A DNA stretch of 63,383 nucleotides, filler included, from Octopus bimaculoides (lineage: Eukaryota), in assembly GCF_001194135.2 (NCBI RefSeq). It is 6 parts of 6 records of this genome, joined end to end, with 100 filler letters (N's around TTAATTAATTAA, not from the genome) between each part and the next. Parts side by side here need not be neighbours in the genome. Positions count along the whole stretch, not along the records: positions 43,728 to 56,641 come from NC_068988.1; positions 56,742 to 61,498 come from NC_068985.1; positions 61,599 to 63,383 come from NW_026296823.1; 3 more parts are not named here. One strand, written 5' to 3'. The translations under genes and the position numbers were made by a program. The notes under the pieces were generated by a model, which was not told the DNA's origin, ran no database searches, and saw only the letters and a program-made list of their open reading frames with translations. Of the stretch, positions 51,691 to 63,383 are shown in pieces; positions within the stretch are counted from its first letter, which is position 1, and the number at the start of each line of letters is the position of its first letter.

Positions 51691-53419
51691 GCATATTAAT
51701 GTGCTGCAGATTCATTAAAAGTTTAAACCCTCTTGAAAATCTTTACTAATGCGTGAATGTCATTAACAATTTTGTTACTAACATTTATGATTAATAAAAC
51801 AGAATAATGGTTTGCGCTAATTCTTCTAAAATTTAATATAAAACCAGTTTTGTTTTTAACACCTATGCAAAGAAAGTATTTTTGATGTGATCTCCGCTGT
51901 ACCACAAAATCAAAAGGTAGAGCCGCTGCTGGAATAACCTGAAAATCGTAACAATCTTCTGTACTTTTCATATGGTGTGACTCTTCACTATTTTAAGATG
52001 CAAAGTTACAGCTTAATCTCTCACTCAAAGTGTACTTTGAGATGCTTGTATTAAATATTTACATTGGATTTCAGAGCAGTAATTAAATCAAAGTATTTCA
52101 TATTTGTCTTGCTGTGGCTCTTGTTGTGATTCTTTAAACTGTAAAGCTTTGGTGTTTACATTATACCAGCAGATATAATCACCATGAGAGAAAGAGAGAG
52201 AAAGAGAGACAGAGGGTAGAAGTGAATATATATCTACAGTGTTGTTTTTGCTGCTTTTTATATTTTTTTCAATAGCTTCTGAGTGCTCGTTTTTCTTTTC
52301 AAATTTATAACCAAATCTTCCTGAAATCATTCCCAGCAAGGCTTCGAACTAATTTTTTTAACACCCACGATTACAAAACAGTGTTCTAGAAAAACTGTTT
52401 GATTAAATAGTTTGATTATTATTTTGAAGGCATGTAAAAATCTAAAAGTGGCATTCGACATGTTTATGAGACTTTTAGTGGATAGTATATGTTATGCGTC
52501 TACACTCTACGTTCGAGGGATACGATATTTTTTATTTTACTGATACACTCTTTCACATCATTAAAGATCAACCATTAAAGATCCCGGTGTATAGTTGTAG
52601 CATTATTTTGTTACTTTGTTGTAAGCTTAGAGCTTACTTTCTAGGATGTGTTACTCACAAATTATATTCTTATCTTATATGTTATATTGGATTTCATTTA
52701 TGGCTGGCCTGTTCCAATATCATTTTTAGTATATCATATCAAACTATCAGTATGTTTCACTTACCACATTACAGTTACCATGGAATTTTGGAATTGAAAA
52801 ATGTTTGTTTTGAAAATTTATTTATCTGGTCAATCATAGATATATATTTTTTTTTTTTACTGTAGCTACTTATGCAGTTTCTGTTCATGAATTCTGACCT
52901 CAATTAAAAGGAAAGCAGTTTTTATTTGTTCGTGTTTTTAGTCGAGTTCGTTTGTCATTTATTTCAATACTATTCTATTTTCAGAAATCTATTTTATTTT
53001 CAGAAATCCATAATTATTTGACTTCGTGCTCAGTATATATTTCCATATCCTCCTTTTAAATGTTGCACTCTAAATTCTGTAGATAATTTTTCTGTTTTAT
53101 TTTTTTAAATACTTTTAACAAATTTATTGTTGTGATTGTTGTCATCGTTACTGCTGCTACTGTCGTTGATGTTGTTGTAATAACAAAATGTATTCGAGAT
53201 CTCTGCGTAAGATTTTGCTTATTAGTATATCTAAATAAATGTTTCATTGTTATTATCTGTTATTTACCTTTTGTTAATCTAGCCAAAACGCATAGGGGCT
53301 TCTTAGCCCTTTTGGTTCTTGTCCATTTGAAACAAAATTTGAATTATACTCTATCATTTCTTTGCCCGTTATACAAATGTATAGGGTGATGATTTCTTTA
53401 AGAAACAGACAACTAAACA

Positions 53420-56150
53420 AAAAAATAGGAGATGATTTTGAAAGGAGAATGGAACCTATATTGAGTCTCTCCTCTGATGTCAATCAATGAATGAATACTT
53501 CGACCTCTTTAAAGTACAAAATCAAAAAATTGCACCAGTGTTACTGCAACGATCGGTTCATCAGCAGCAACAACAATAACATTAACAAGTACAACTACCA
53601 CAGTAACATTCCTAACAAAGATGAATGTCAATGACCTGTCAAATTCTACCGCAAGAGTTGGAGGTGTCGACAAGAGTAATAATGCAACAACAGCAGCGGA
53701 AGCAGTAATAATAATTCAAAAACCAAGATCGAGCGTGCTGTTAACATGACAACCATTCATCATCATCAGAACCACCACCACCGCAGTAACAGTAGCTTCA
53801 ACAATAATAACAACAGCAGTATAAATAACAAGGAAGGCGAGGAAATATGTGGCAACGCGGTAAGTACCACCATCAGCACGTCATCGCCGTTTCGATAGCT
53901 GAAAATTAAATGGTTATGCTACGATGACTAATAATTCTAATAATGCCACTGCTACAACTATTTCCAATGTGACTGCTTACTAGCAACACCAGATCACATC
54001 AGCAGGCGTGGCAACTGATATCATTCAGATCTCTTTGGCAGCTAAACCTACCAATTTAAAATACCTAATAAATACCAAATAAAAATCAGCCAACGAGGAG
54101 TTACATTATAAGTGACCGAACGACTTATGGAAAAGACTTCTACTAGAACTATACTTTGCAAGTGTATGTTGGTCGAAAACCATCACGAGAAAATAACGAT
54201 GCATGTCCAAGAAGAAAGGTGTTTGCGATGAATATAAGCGGATATGAAGTTAATCACTAAGATCCAATAATTCTGAACTTTTCAAGAGAAATTTCTCATC
54301 GAATCCTTCAAAGCAAAGCATTCCATTGCTCTCTGTAGAAGTAAGGAATTTGTCCTTGTTTCTACTTATTTGGGAAGGCAGCTAATGAGATTAAAGATAC
54401 CCAGAATGCAACCAGAGCTGAACATTTGGTATGTGCCTTCTCTCAGAGAAAAGTGAAACTCTCCTAAACGTTAGAATCTTTTCAAAAGAAATGATTCAGA
54501 ATCGAAATGAAAGTTCTATTATAGGTGAAACCTGGAAAAGATCCAGTGGAATGGGGAAGAATTCTATGTTCCAGCGGGGGGCAGAAGGCCTAAAGCCTTA
54601 CATGTATGGTGATGCCAAGGCCCTGAAAATTTTCAGCATTATTAGCAACAATATGGGGAACAATGTTGCTAAAATCTGAAACAGAATCTCCCAAAACCAA
54701 TTTTAAAAATCCATAGCTTTTATCAATCAAATCATTTAAACTAGAACGGAGAGGCTGAAAATTAGAAAACTGTCCCATAAACAGATGGTGAAAAGGCTAA
54801 AAATAAAGAACAAAACAATTCTGCCCTCACAAAATGCAGCAGGGAGATTTGAAGGTAGTAGACTTGAAGATAACATAATGTCAACATCAACTCCACCGAC
54901 ACTTATACAACCAACACCACCTCAGAAACATGAGCACCACCATAACATGAGCGCTACCACAACATGAGCACCACCAGAAAACATGAGCAAGCACCACAAT
55001 AAATACAACACAATCCACACTCAAATCAGCAACACCCGCAAAGAAACTTCACAAACTACGCTGTTATATACATAAACAACAAAGAATTAATGAACCAAAA
55101 ATCATCACCACACAAGCATTATATGCAATAACTATATCTATCGCACTAACATATAACATAAAACATGCATACAGATCCTAAAATAAACACAAGAGGCTTA
55201 CCACACGCTAAATATATCCTAATGAAATAGGAGATATCCGATGGACAATATAAATTTACTGGTAAGAACAACCACACCTAATCGAAAGGACGGATCATTT
55301 ATCATTCCACAGGAATAAGGCTTGAAATAAAGTTCTTCTCAGTTTCCTCTATTCATCCAACAAGTTCTTATTAAGAATAGGCAGTGTAAGTGCATGAGGC
55401 CTGGGTCACCTCATAAATAAGGGCCGCCTGCTCAACGACCTCACATCACCAGACATAAATGTCTGTGTCCATCAGCGACACTGGATTTTCCAAGGCATGA
55501 AACCTCGCACCAAACTTTGCAAACAGTAAGTTTTATTCATCTCCAAGTTGACCAGGGTTGGGTGGAGTAGTCATTGAGTTGTTTCGGAAAGATCTTGATC
55601 TTGCAATGCGAACTGTCTTCCTGGACACAGAGAGTAAGTCGAGGGTGTATGAAGTGACCAGCAGCAATTGCCATACTGCCCAATTTGTAACCGCTTACGT
55701 CCCGGCAGCAGCCGCGCAGCCAGATGTCTTTAGGCGTCGAAAGTTATCCTGAGAACATTCCGTTCTTTGGTGCTAGTGAGAGATTGCGACAATTATGTGA
55801 GGGGAAGAACCTATAAGAGTGGTATGTGCAAAATCCTCACAAACGTATTCAGGCGTTTCCAAATGTGTCATTGTAAGTGCTAACAAGTTCCACCTGGTCA
55901 TGCAGAACGTATCTGAATAGATAATTTTGTGTGTCAATAGATAGGGATAATGTAAAGGTAAAAGAATAGGATAAAAAAAAGTTATAGAATGAAGATAGAG
56001 AAAAAAGGCATGTACCGTATGGAACGTTATAGTGTCTCTTCTGCTTGTGAAAGAGACAAAAATATTAGAATGCATTAGGTTGCGGGCAGACAGCTATCGA
56101 AAACTCCAGTTATGGCATTTAGATAGGTTCTACTCTCCAGCAAGTTCTTC
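53420..56150 (+). mobile_element. L1-Tx1-like LINE, 5' half only (low-complexity ORF1 plus APE), decayed
   Basis: ORF1 from ATG 53487 (Thr/Ala/Asn-rich, then ERLMEKTSTRTILCK, STYLGRQ, GRRPK); APE-like GLGHLINKGRLLNDL, LFRKDLDL..RTVFLDTE, TAYVP, DVFRR. Confidence 0.7.
53891..54065. repeat. 175-bp inverted repeat, donor copy (partner 56250-56424)
   Basis: Reverse complement of 56250-56424 with 4 mismatches. Confidence 0.97.
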
Positions 56151-56249
56151 ACGGTAAGCAACTTTTCTGTATTGCAGAACATACATAAATATATGTATAT
56201 ATATATATATGTATACATATATATGTGTATACATATATATGGTATTTAT

Positions 56250-56424
56250 GGTATTTTAAATTGGTAAGTTTAGCTGCCAAAGAGATCTGGATGATATCAG
56301 ATGCCACGCCTGCTGATGTGATCTGGTGTTGCTAGTAAGCAGTCACATTGGAAATAGTTATAGCAGTGGCATTATTAGAATTATTAGTCATCGTAGCATA
56401 ACCATTTAATTTTCAGCTATCGAA
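56250..56424. repeat. 175-bp inverted repeat, derived copy
   Basis: Lies between a (TA)n tract and a PLE fragment. Confidence 0.97.
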
Positions 56425-56425
56425 T

Positions 56426-56641
56426 TCTAAATGTTTTAGGTATTTTGCAAAAGGCTTTAATAATATTAATGATGGTTATCTTTGGTTTATTTTACCATTT
56501 GGTAAAAATGTTAAGTCGAATTTGGTAGCTCAGTTTAGGGAGGTAATTAGTAAACATTTCCCTGCAAATTCACGTTACGGTAAAATTATTAATACGCATA
56601 GTGTTAGGTTTGGTTTTTCCAATACTAAGAACCTAGAGCAG
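56426..56641 (+). mobile_element. Penelope-like element RT C-terminal fragment, 5'-truncated, runs into gap
   Basis: Open frame YLWFILPFGKNVKSNLVAQFREVISKHFPANSRYGKIINTHSVRFGFSNTKNL resembles the PLE motif WFNPP.SKNV.TN.G..F...I.KHFP....Y.KI.N...V...YS...N. Confidence 0.85.
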
Positions 56642-57879
56642 NNNNNNNNNNNNNNNNNNNNNNNNNNNNNNNNNNNNNNNNNNNNTTAATTAATTAANNN
56701 NNNNNNNNNNNNNNNNNNNNNNNNNNNNNNNNNNNNNNNNNATATATATATGTATATATATATGTATATATATATTTATACATATACACATTTAGTCACA
56801 TATTTATATATACATTCATACGCTTATGTATGTATATATATGCATATATATATATATATCGGGAGGGAGAGAAAGAGAGAAAAAGTGCGTGTGAGAGAGT
56901 GAAACATTGAAGCATAAAGATAAACGAATTCAAGAATGCTGCATTGTTTTACAGTTCACCAGATGCAAATTTTAGTTTATTTTAAGAGAGAAAAATAGAA
57001 AAGCTTGACATTTATGTTTTTTGAATGCCATTAAGAAACTTTAGGGAATAGAAATTGCTTCAACTGATGTGTAAATCATTTCACAAACCAATATTACTAG
57101 CATTTTACTTCTTGTTCTCTGTCAGTCATCATGATGCCACTAGCAAGAGAAAATATTTTATTGAGATTAAATTAAATTTACAGTGTTCAGATCTTTGCAT
57201 TAACACAAATAATTATTTTTACAGAACCAGCTTAGTGATTGTGTAATCATGCAAGAAAGTAAACCGTCAAATGCGAAGCGGGGAAAAATCAGAACATCGG
57301 TGAGAGATTTAAATATAAGCTAAGATATGCCTCATTATGGAAGTCAACTAAGTATGGAGCCAAAAATAATTATTATTTAAATTATGAATACAGTCTACCA
57401 TACATACATTCATCTCAGAAATACAGATCCATTTTGTCACTGTTTCCTTTCGGTAGGAGCGCCCTCTATTTTCAGTGTTAAATGGATAATAATTATTTAC
57501 CTCCCTGTTGCAACTTAAATATCTGCCGTAGGTACAAAATAGTGGCAATACATATTTTCAATTATATTTTAGAAAGTAATTAAGATCACAACTATTTAAT
57601 TTACTTTTATTTATAGCACAGCTATGGTAGCCCAAGCGCCTTTAGTATATCTCTAGGCTGAATTTGAAAACATTAATGTGTTTGACTTCTAGCAACCGAT
57701 CTCTTCGTTTCAATTCAAACCCTTATTTTTTCTTCTTTGGGTTCAAAAATAAATTTTAGCTTATCACTTATCTCTCATTAGGTCAGAGTCACTGCATTAA
57801 CTCTCACTGGATGAATGAGAGTTAATGTTGTTGAGAGATCTATTAGAAATGGCAACGAATCAGAGCCCATCGGATAACG

Positions 57880-59145
57880 TATTGGGTTGGCAAGAAAGTA
57901 ATTTCGGCTTTTTAGTGTGAAATAGAAGTCATTTTTTTTCATACGATGCATGAAGTTGAATCAATTATATATTGTTTTATGTTGTTCGATGATGCTTTGC
58001 AATCTTTCTGACAACTTCATGATTCCGAGCTCATAGAACTTTTGGTCCATATCAGCCAAAATCTGAAGCAACTGCGATTCCAGGTCATCATCATTATTGA
58101 AAATTTTACCATTAAAACAATTTTGCCGACTTCGAAATAAGTGGTAATCTGATGATGTAAAACCAGGACAATATGGTTGTAAGGACAGCACTTAGAAAGC
58201 AAGAACTAACAATTTTTCACAATTTAGCAAAGACATGTGTGGTCCAAAGTTGTCATGGTGGAACATGAATTCCTTACAATTTGACAATTCTGGCCGTTTT
58301 TTCTTTCCTTGATTCCTCCAGTTTCATTAGTTGACAGTAGACATCTGATTTGATCTTTCGGTTTCTTGGAAGCAGCTCAAAATACACAACACCTTTGTAA
58401 TCCCATCAAATTGACAGCATGGCCTTTTTTTTATGCAATTCAGCTTTCGATGTGACTTTGTGCTGGTACATTATGCTTAGACGATGATCGTTTTCGATTG
58501 ACGTTATTGTACACAGTCCATTTCTCATCACCAGTGATGATTTATTTCAAAAGGAGGTCGATTCATTTGCGTTGGAGATGTATATCTCAAATATTGATTC
58601 GCTGTGTTGAGTCTCTTTCAATTTATGTGGAGCCTAAATATCGAGCTTCTTAACGAGTCCAAGACATTTGAATTGATTTTTAATTGTCCTGTGTGATGCA
58701 TTGAACCTGTCTGCAATCTCTCGCACAGTTATATGACAATCAGATTCAATAATGGCTTTGATTCGGTCTTCATTATCTTCAGGAGGTCGACCAAAACGTT
58801 GGTCATCTTTCAGCGAAAAAATGCATTTCTAAAACCATTTCTAACATGTGCGTTCTGTTAAGCAATCAACACAATAAACTTCACACATCTCTTTGTGATC
58901 CTCAGCAGCTTTCTTGCCTTTACGGAAATAAAAACGCAAAATATGGCGAAAATGCTCGTCTTTGTACTCCTTGTTAAAATTGACAGCTAACAGCTGTAAA
59001 CAAAATTAGGCGCACTTTGCTTTTTAAATAAGCTTAAAAGAAAAGCTATCAAATGTCAAAAAGGATAAATCATAACATTGACAAAAGTTATTTTAAAAAA
59101 TTGTCTATTTGCGAAAAATGAAATTACTTTCTTGCCAACACAATA
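57880..59145 (-). mobile_element. Full-length mariner (mellifera-subfamily-like), decayed transposase
   Basis: 26-bp TIRs TATTG(G/T)GTTGGCAAGAAAGTAATTTC with 1 mismatch, TA ends, 1266 bp; EHFRHILRFYFRKGKKAAE, ITGDEKW, SSDYHLFRS. Confidence 0.95.
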
Positions 59146-59920
59146 GTACACGTTAAACGATATCTGAAAAGAGACAATATATATGGTGTTCGCATGAACA
59201 GGTAATGTGCGCTGATCTAGAGCTATCAACAAACAACACTTCTTATAAAATACACGTCTTTCGGAGACATATCTTAACAAAATAAACAAAGGTATTTTTT
59301 GTAAATATAAACCGGTATTTCGTTAGTCATATATTCAGAAGTTATGCGAGTAGAAGGGAAGTTTATGTAATGCACTTAAATTGTCTTTTGTAGCCATTAT
59401 AAGCATAGCAATTAATGCTGTTTGTTCAGGAATTTAAATGAACATGGTACAACGCATATCAATACAACTATGAGACATAACTCATAATAGAAACTGCAAG
59501 TAGAATATTATTTATGAGAATTTATTTGATATTTGTCATAGTTGTAGTTGTGTGGAAACTAAATGTTTTCTTTATTTTTCTTCATTTAAGCTATGATAAT
59601 ATTCTGGTACCATTTCTTGTGATTGCGGAAAACATAATCTCTAAAGGCGTGTTAATTTTGACTCCATATAATATCATTAAATGACGGTTGTTTTTCTCTT
59701 CTTTTTTCCTGTTTCACCCCAAAGTTTTGTTAGCTAGTGCATGACTAATTTCATGCTCCGTAGAACAAGAGTCGCTTGCATTCTCCTGGGCAGATAGAGT
59801 CATCTTAAAAGCCGCACGTATCTACGACGAATAAAGACTAGGTTATACAAGTAACTTAGGTTCTTCAGTAAAACAAAAGTTTCTGTTGCCTCAATACTAC
59901 GCAGTGGTGGTGTAAGCTGC

Positions 59921-59936
59921 GAATCCCCGTCGCCAC
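59921..59936 (-). promoter_or_regulatory. Primer-binding site, tRNA-Ser(GCU)-like
   Basis: TGGCGACG-GGGATTCG right after the LTR end, matching TGGCGACGAGGATGGGATTCG less 5 nt. Confidence 0.6.
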
Positions 59937-60101
59937 TGTTATGTCTCAAGCTACTGCTATCTAGCATCTTCGGATGATCTCTACTCAACCGCTACACAAC
60001 TGCTACTTGACTGCTACTCAACACTCCTGCCACGGCCAGACTACCTCTATTTATATGTCTTGGGAGATCCTATTTCTCCGCCTGGGGGTGTCGACACAAC
60101 A
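59937..60101 (-). mobile_element. Short Gypsy-like 5' LTR (165 bp)
   Basis: TGTTGTGTC...GACATAACA termini, internal TATAAATA, adjacent PBS. Confidence 0.7.
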
Positions 60102-60573
60102 GTTTCTATAAAAACTATTTTGTACCTGACAATGACAGCCTGAGGGACAGTTTATTCCTACTCATAGTTTTCCAGCAATAGTTATTTGCGGAGTATAAGT
60201 TATCAACAAAATAAATCATAAGCCGAAGTGACGGATTATACAAACCGATATTGGAATTATATTATAGATAACAAACGGAGTTGATGATTTTTTCCTACCA
60301 ATATATTAAATAATCATTAGTACAATTCATTCTATTCATATATACATGCATTGAAACGTATACATGTTTTCTTCTGTTTTTAATTATTTAAATTGCTCCT
60401 ATGAGGAACAAAGATACAAAGCGCCATCACTGGAATGTAGATAGCAAAACCGATGTCACATCTTAAGCCCCAGAAAAGTTTTGCGAATTTTTACTGTTCC
60501 ACTTAGAGATTAATGCGATTTAGTTGATTGATTTCTTTTTCTGGGAACCCTAGCTTATCTCTATTGCTACTTT

Positions 60574-60661
60574 ATGTATGTATGTATGTATGTATGTATG
60601 TATGTATGTATGTATGCATACATGTATGTATGTATGTATGTATGTATGTATGTATGTATGT
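60574..60661. repeat. (TATG)n microsatellite
   Basis: Directly visible. Confidence 0.95.
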
Positions 60662-61317
60662 TTTGTTTTGAGTTTATTTAAGTTCTTGTTAAGAGAATTT
60701 AGGTCGGTAGTGACAAAACCTTTTGACTTAAGAGATTTTACTGCATTTGCAAATATGCGGTGGGGTTGGTATGTTCGTTGAGCTATCGATGCACAAACCT
60801 AAATGAGTGCATCTATTCATCTAAAGAATCTTAGATGGAGAATGTTTGCAATGTCATTCAAATCTCCACTGTGCCGATATTAGAATGGATTACGAGAATC
60901 TGCGTCAACTTCTTTTACTCTTTGTTCAACAAACCTAGTATTTCTAGGTTTTTGTGTCAATTTGTAAGTAGATAGCTTCAAGCATCTATGATGATAGGTA
61001 CAAAGGAAAATTTGTATTTAGGGTAAAATAACTGTAAGTGTCGCCTAATAAACCATAGACGTTGTCTTCTTTTCTGGATATCCGCTACGCAGCTAACCTT
61101 AACAACATTACATGAATTTGTTCCCTGTCCCATAGAACAATACTAGATCATATATATTTGTACCGGATTTCTAATTTTACTGGAGTGTTCCACCAGTATT
61201 CCTTGTTTTAAAGGTGTGAAAACATGCTGGTACAAACATGTCTTTGATGTAAAACCTAATTAAAGGTCACTGAAACCAACACACCCAAGGGAAACATCTG
61301 ACGGTGGCTTAACTGAC

Positions 61318-61363
61318 CCAAAGTCACTATTCACAATATTCTTGTTTAAAATAAACTTGTACT
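61318..61363 (-). CDS. Candidate 46-nt host exon (EYKFILNKNIVNSDFG)
   Basis: CTCTATACTTTTGCAG acceptor; weaker GG|GTCAGT donor. Confidence 0.25.
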
Positions 61364-61456
61364 CTGCAAAAGTATAGAGTAACCCCTCAGATTCATGTAA
61401 AGTTGTTTTATATAGCTAAACGTAAATCAGCAACACACTTACATATGTGTGTGTGC

Positions 61457-61498
<42 letters not shown>

Positions 61499-62136
61499 NN
61501 NNNNNNNNNNNNNNNNNNNNNNNNNNNNNNNNNNNNNNNNNNTTAATTAATTAANNNNNNNNNNNNNNNNNNNNNNNNNNNNNNNNNNNNNNNNNNNNAG
61601 TGGTGGCCTTATTTGAGATAGAACACATTGTAGCGTAATTCTAAAGATTACGATACATCTCTGTGGAGAAGGAAATATTGTGTTTAATGTAAAAAAAATG
61701 TATATTACACGTTTAAAAATTGAATTATTTAAGCTTATTAGAATAAAAGTAATTTAAAGACAGAAAAATGCAAACCTTTTGCTAATGTAACCATCTTTTC
61801 TTTTGTTAAGCCTCTCCGTCCACCACCATCAGCATAACACGAAATCTTTGTGTCGTTTACCATTAAGAAACGTCCTGGAAATAGTAACATATCTCTTAAA
61901 AGACTCTCGAATCACAAGTTAATCTTGCTCAGGAAAGTAAGAAAANNNNNNNNNNNNNNNNNNNNNNNNNNNNNNNNNNNNNNNNNNNNNNNNNNNNNNN
62001 NNNNNNNNNNNNNNNNNNNNNNNNTGAATATGTTAGACTATTTCTTATAATTATGATCAATGTAGTTGCTCAAACTTTAGGTAATATTTGTGAAGCTGAA
62101 AGATAACCTTACATAAATATTTCACAAAACGTTTAT

Positions 62137-62337
62137 CCAGTGTCAAAAACTGGTATTGCTGTGATCACATGAAGATACAATGTCTCGACTTTAAAAAATA
62201 TGTACGAGAACATTCTTTAAATTCAATCAAGAAAGAATCCAGTGTCAAAAAGCTGGTATTACTGTGATCACATAAGATACTATGTCTATTTAAAAAAATA
62301 CTTACAAGAACGTTCTTTACATTCAAGCAAGCAAAAA
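62137..62337. repeat. ~101-bp tandem duplication
   Basis: TCCAGTGTCAAAAA...CTGTGATCACAT...GAAC(A/G)TTCTTTA twice. Confidence 0.85.
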
Positions 62338-62502
62338 TCTAAAAAAGGGCTTTTAAGATTCAATGCGTCATTATCCACATACCTGTTCCAAGCCCTTGTA
62401 CCAGGAATTTATCATTAGAAACACAGTATGTATTCGATTGCCTTCAGATAAAGGTGAGAGGACTTAAAATATATCTGAGAGAACTAACTTTTGGCGTATG
62501 TA

Positions 62503-62660
62503 TACACGACAGACCTCCGCTCAGTTTCCACCTGTCAAATTCATTCACAAGGAAGTGGTCAGCCCTTTGCTGGAGTAGAGAACACATGCCCTAGGTGCTG
62601 TACATTGAGACTGAAATCCAAGCCACATGGTAGCGAAGTGAACTTCATAACCATACAAAC
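62503..62660 (-). mobile_element. SINE family D (diverged)
   Basis: CAGTTTCC...AAATTCATTCACAAGG...GCCACATGG. Confidence 0.65.
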
Positions 62661-62751
62661 AAGTTAGGTAGGCTTGAGCATTTTTATTTGTTTAATATAA
62701 AGTTATCAGTGCACGTGGATATAGATAATCAAGTAATATGCTTAAACTTAC

Positions 62752-62865
62752 CCATATAGCTTGATATATTTGTGTAAGATTTACTGCTTCCGGAGTATTC
62801 CACAGTGACGTGAACTTTAGAATCATTTACGGAGCTTTTGCAACTGTAGTTCGAGAAATAACCAG
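62752..62865 (-). CDS. Candidate 114-nt (or 92-nt) host exon, GYFSNYSCKSSVNDSKVHVTVEYSGSSKSYTNISSYM
   Basis: ATGG|GTAAGT donor; acceptors at 62866 (TAG) or 62844 (CAG); one open frame. Confidence 0.35.
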
Positions 62866-63082
62866 CTAGTGACATTGGAAAGACATTTACGGTAACTTGT
62901 GGTATGGATGAGATAGATGTGTACATTTTCTTCTTATCAATTCGCAAAGTTTCATAAAATGCTTCGCATGTTATCGAATCTACAGAAAATATAAATTTAG
63001 AACAATAAGAGTAAACAAAGTAAGCCTTGAAATAGGTTTAATTACACATGTATTACAAATGTAGTATATTCGTAGTAGAGAA

Positions 63083-63383
63083 TTGAGACTGTTCTCTCCA
63101 GCGCCGCCGTGAGTGATAAATCATATGTATGTTATGGAGAATATACCAACCAGCATTGGCCAAACGACCTCAACATTAGTTTCAGAATTCATCCAAGTCT
63201 AGGACCACGGGTCATACGTCTCCTACCCAATTCAGGTTCACAACGCATAAATAAACTGCAACAAAATTATTTTCCTCAACAGGCCCTGCTCTATTTAACA
63301 TTGTCCGAAACAGATGAAAGAGGAAAACGATCCCGTCACCTTTAAACGGAATCTGGACAAATTTCTTTAAAGAATACCAGATA
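63083..63383 (+). mobile_element. CR1-like LINE 3' fragment
   Basis: LRLFSLQRRRE...GPALFNI...FKRNLDKFL.RIPD. Confidence 0.85.

Noticed and set aside
61020-61430. Long near-open minus frame suggesting a Polinton or viral capsid relic
   Set aside because: Two stops and no motif I can name; only the short exon candidate was kept.

Overview
AT-rich, microsatellite-dense animal genomic DNA with many N gaps. The SINE repertoire points to an octopus or other cephalopod; this is from recalled family motifs, not a database search. Most long ORFs in the track are microsatellite or gap artefacts. The window is mainly intronic or intergenic and full of transposon relics: several tRNA-derived SINE families, five Tc1/mariner elements (one full length), hAT-type MITEs, a Helentron-like non-autonomous element, CR1, R4/Dong and L1-Tx1 LINEs, a Gypsy-like LTR with PBS, and Penelope-like (PLE) pieces. 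A few short minus-strand exons suggest an unidentified host gene, one with a weak UDP-glycosyltransferase-like motif. Three signals stand out. (1) A near-canonical type I hammerhead ribozyme at 37200-37282 (minus) may end a ~2.6 kb element with a structured leader, a possible 58-nt intron and a split Asn-rich ORF. (2) A 5'-truncated PLE RT fragment at 56426 has at its 5' junction a 175-bp inverted copy (4 mismatches) of local DNA from 2.2 kb upstream. (3) A second, degenerate hammerhead and a 90-bp inverted-repeat module may belong to the same PLE/hammerhead system.
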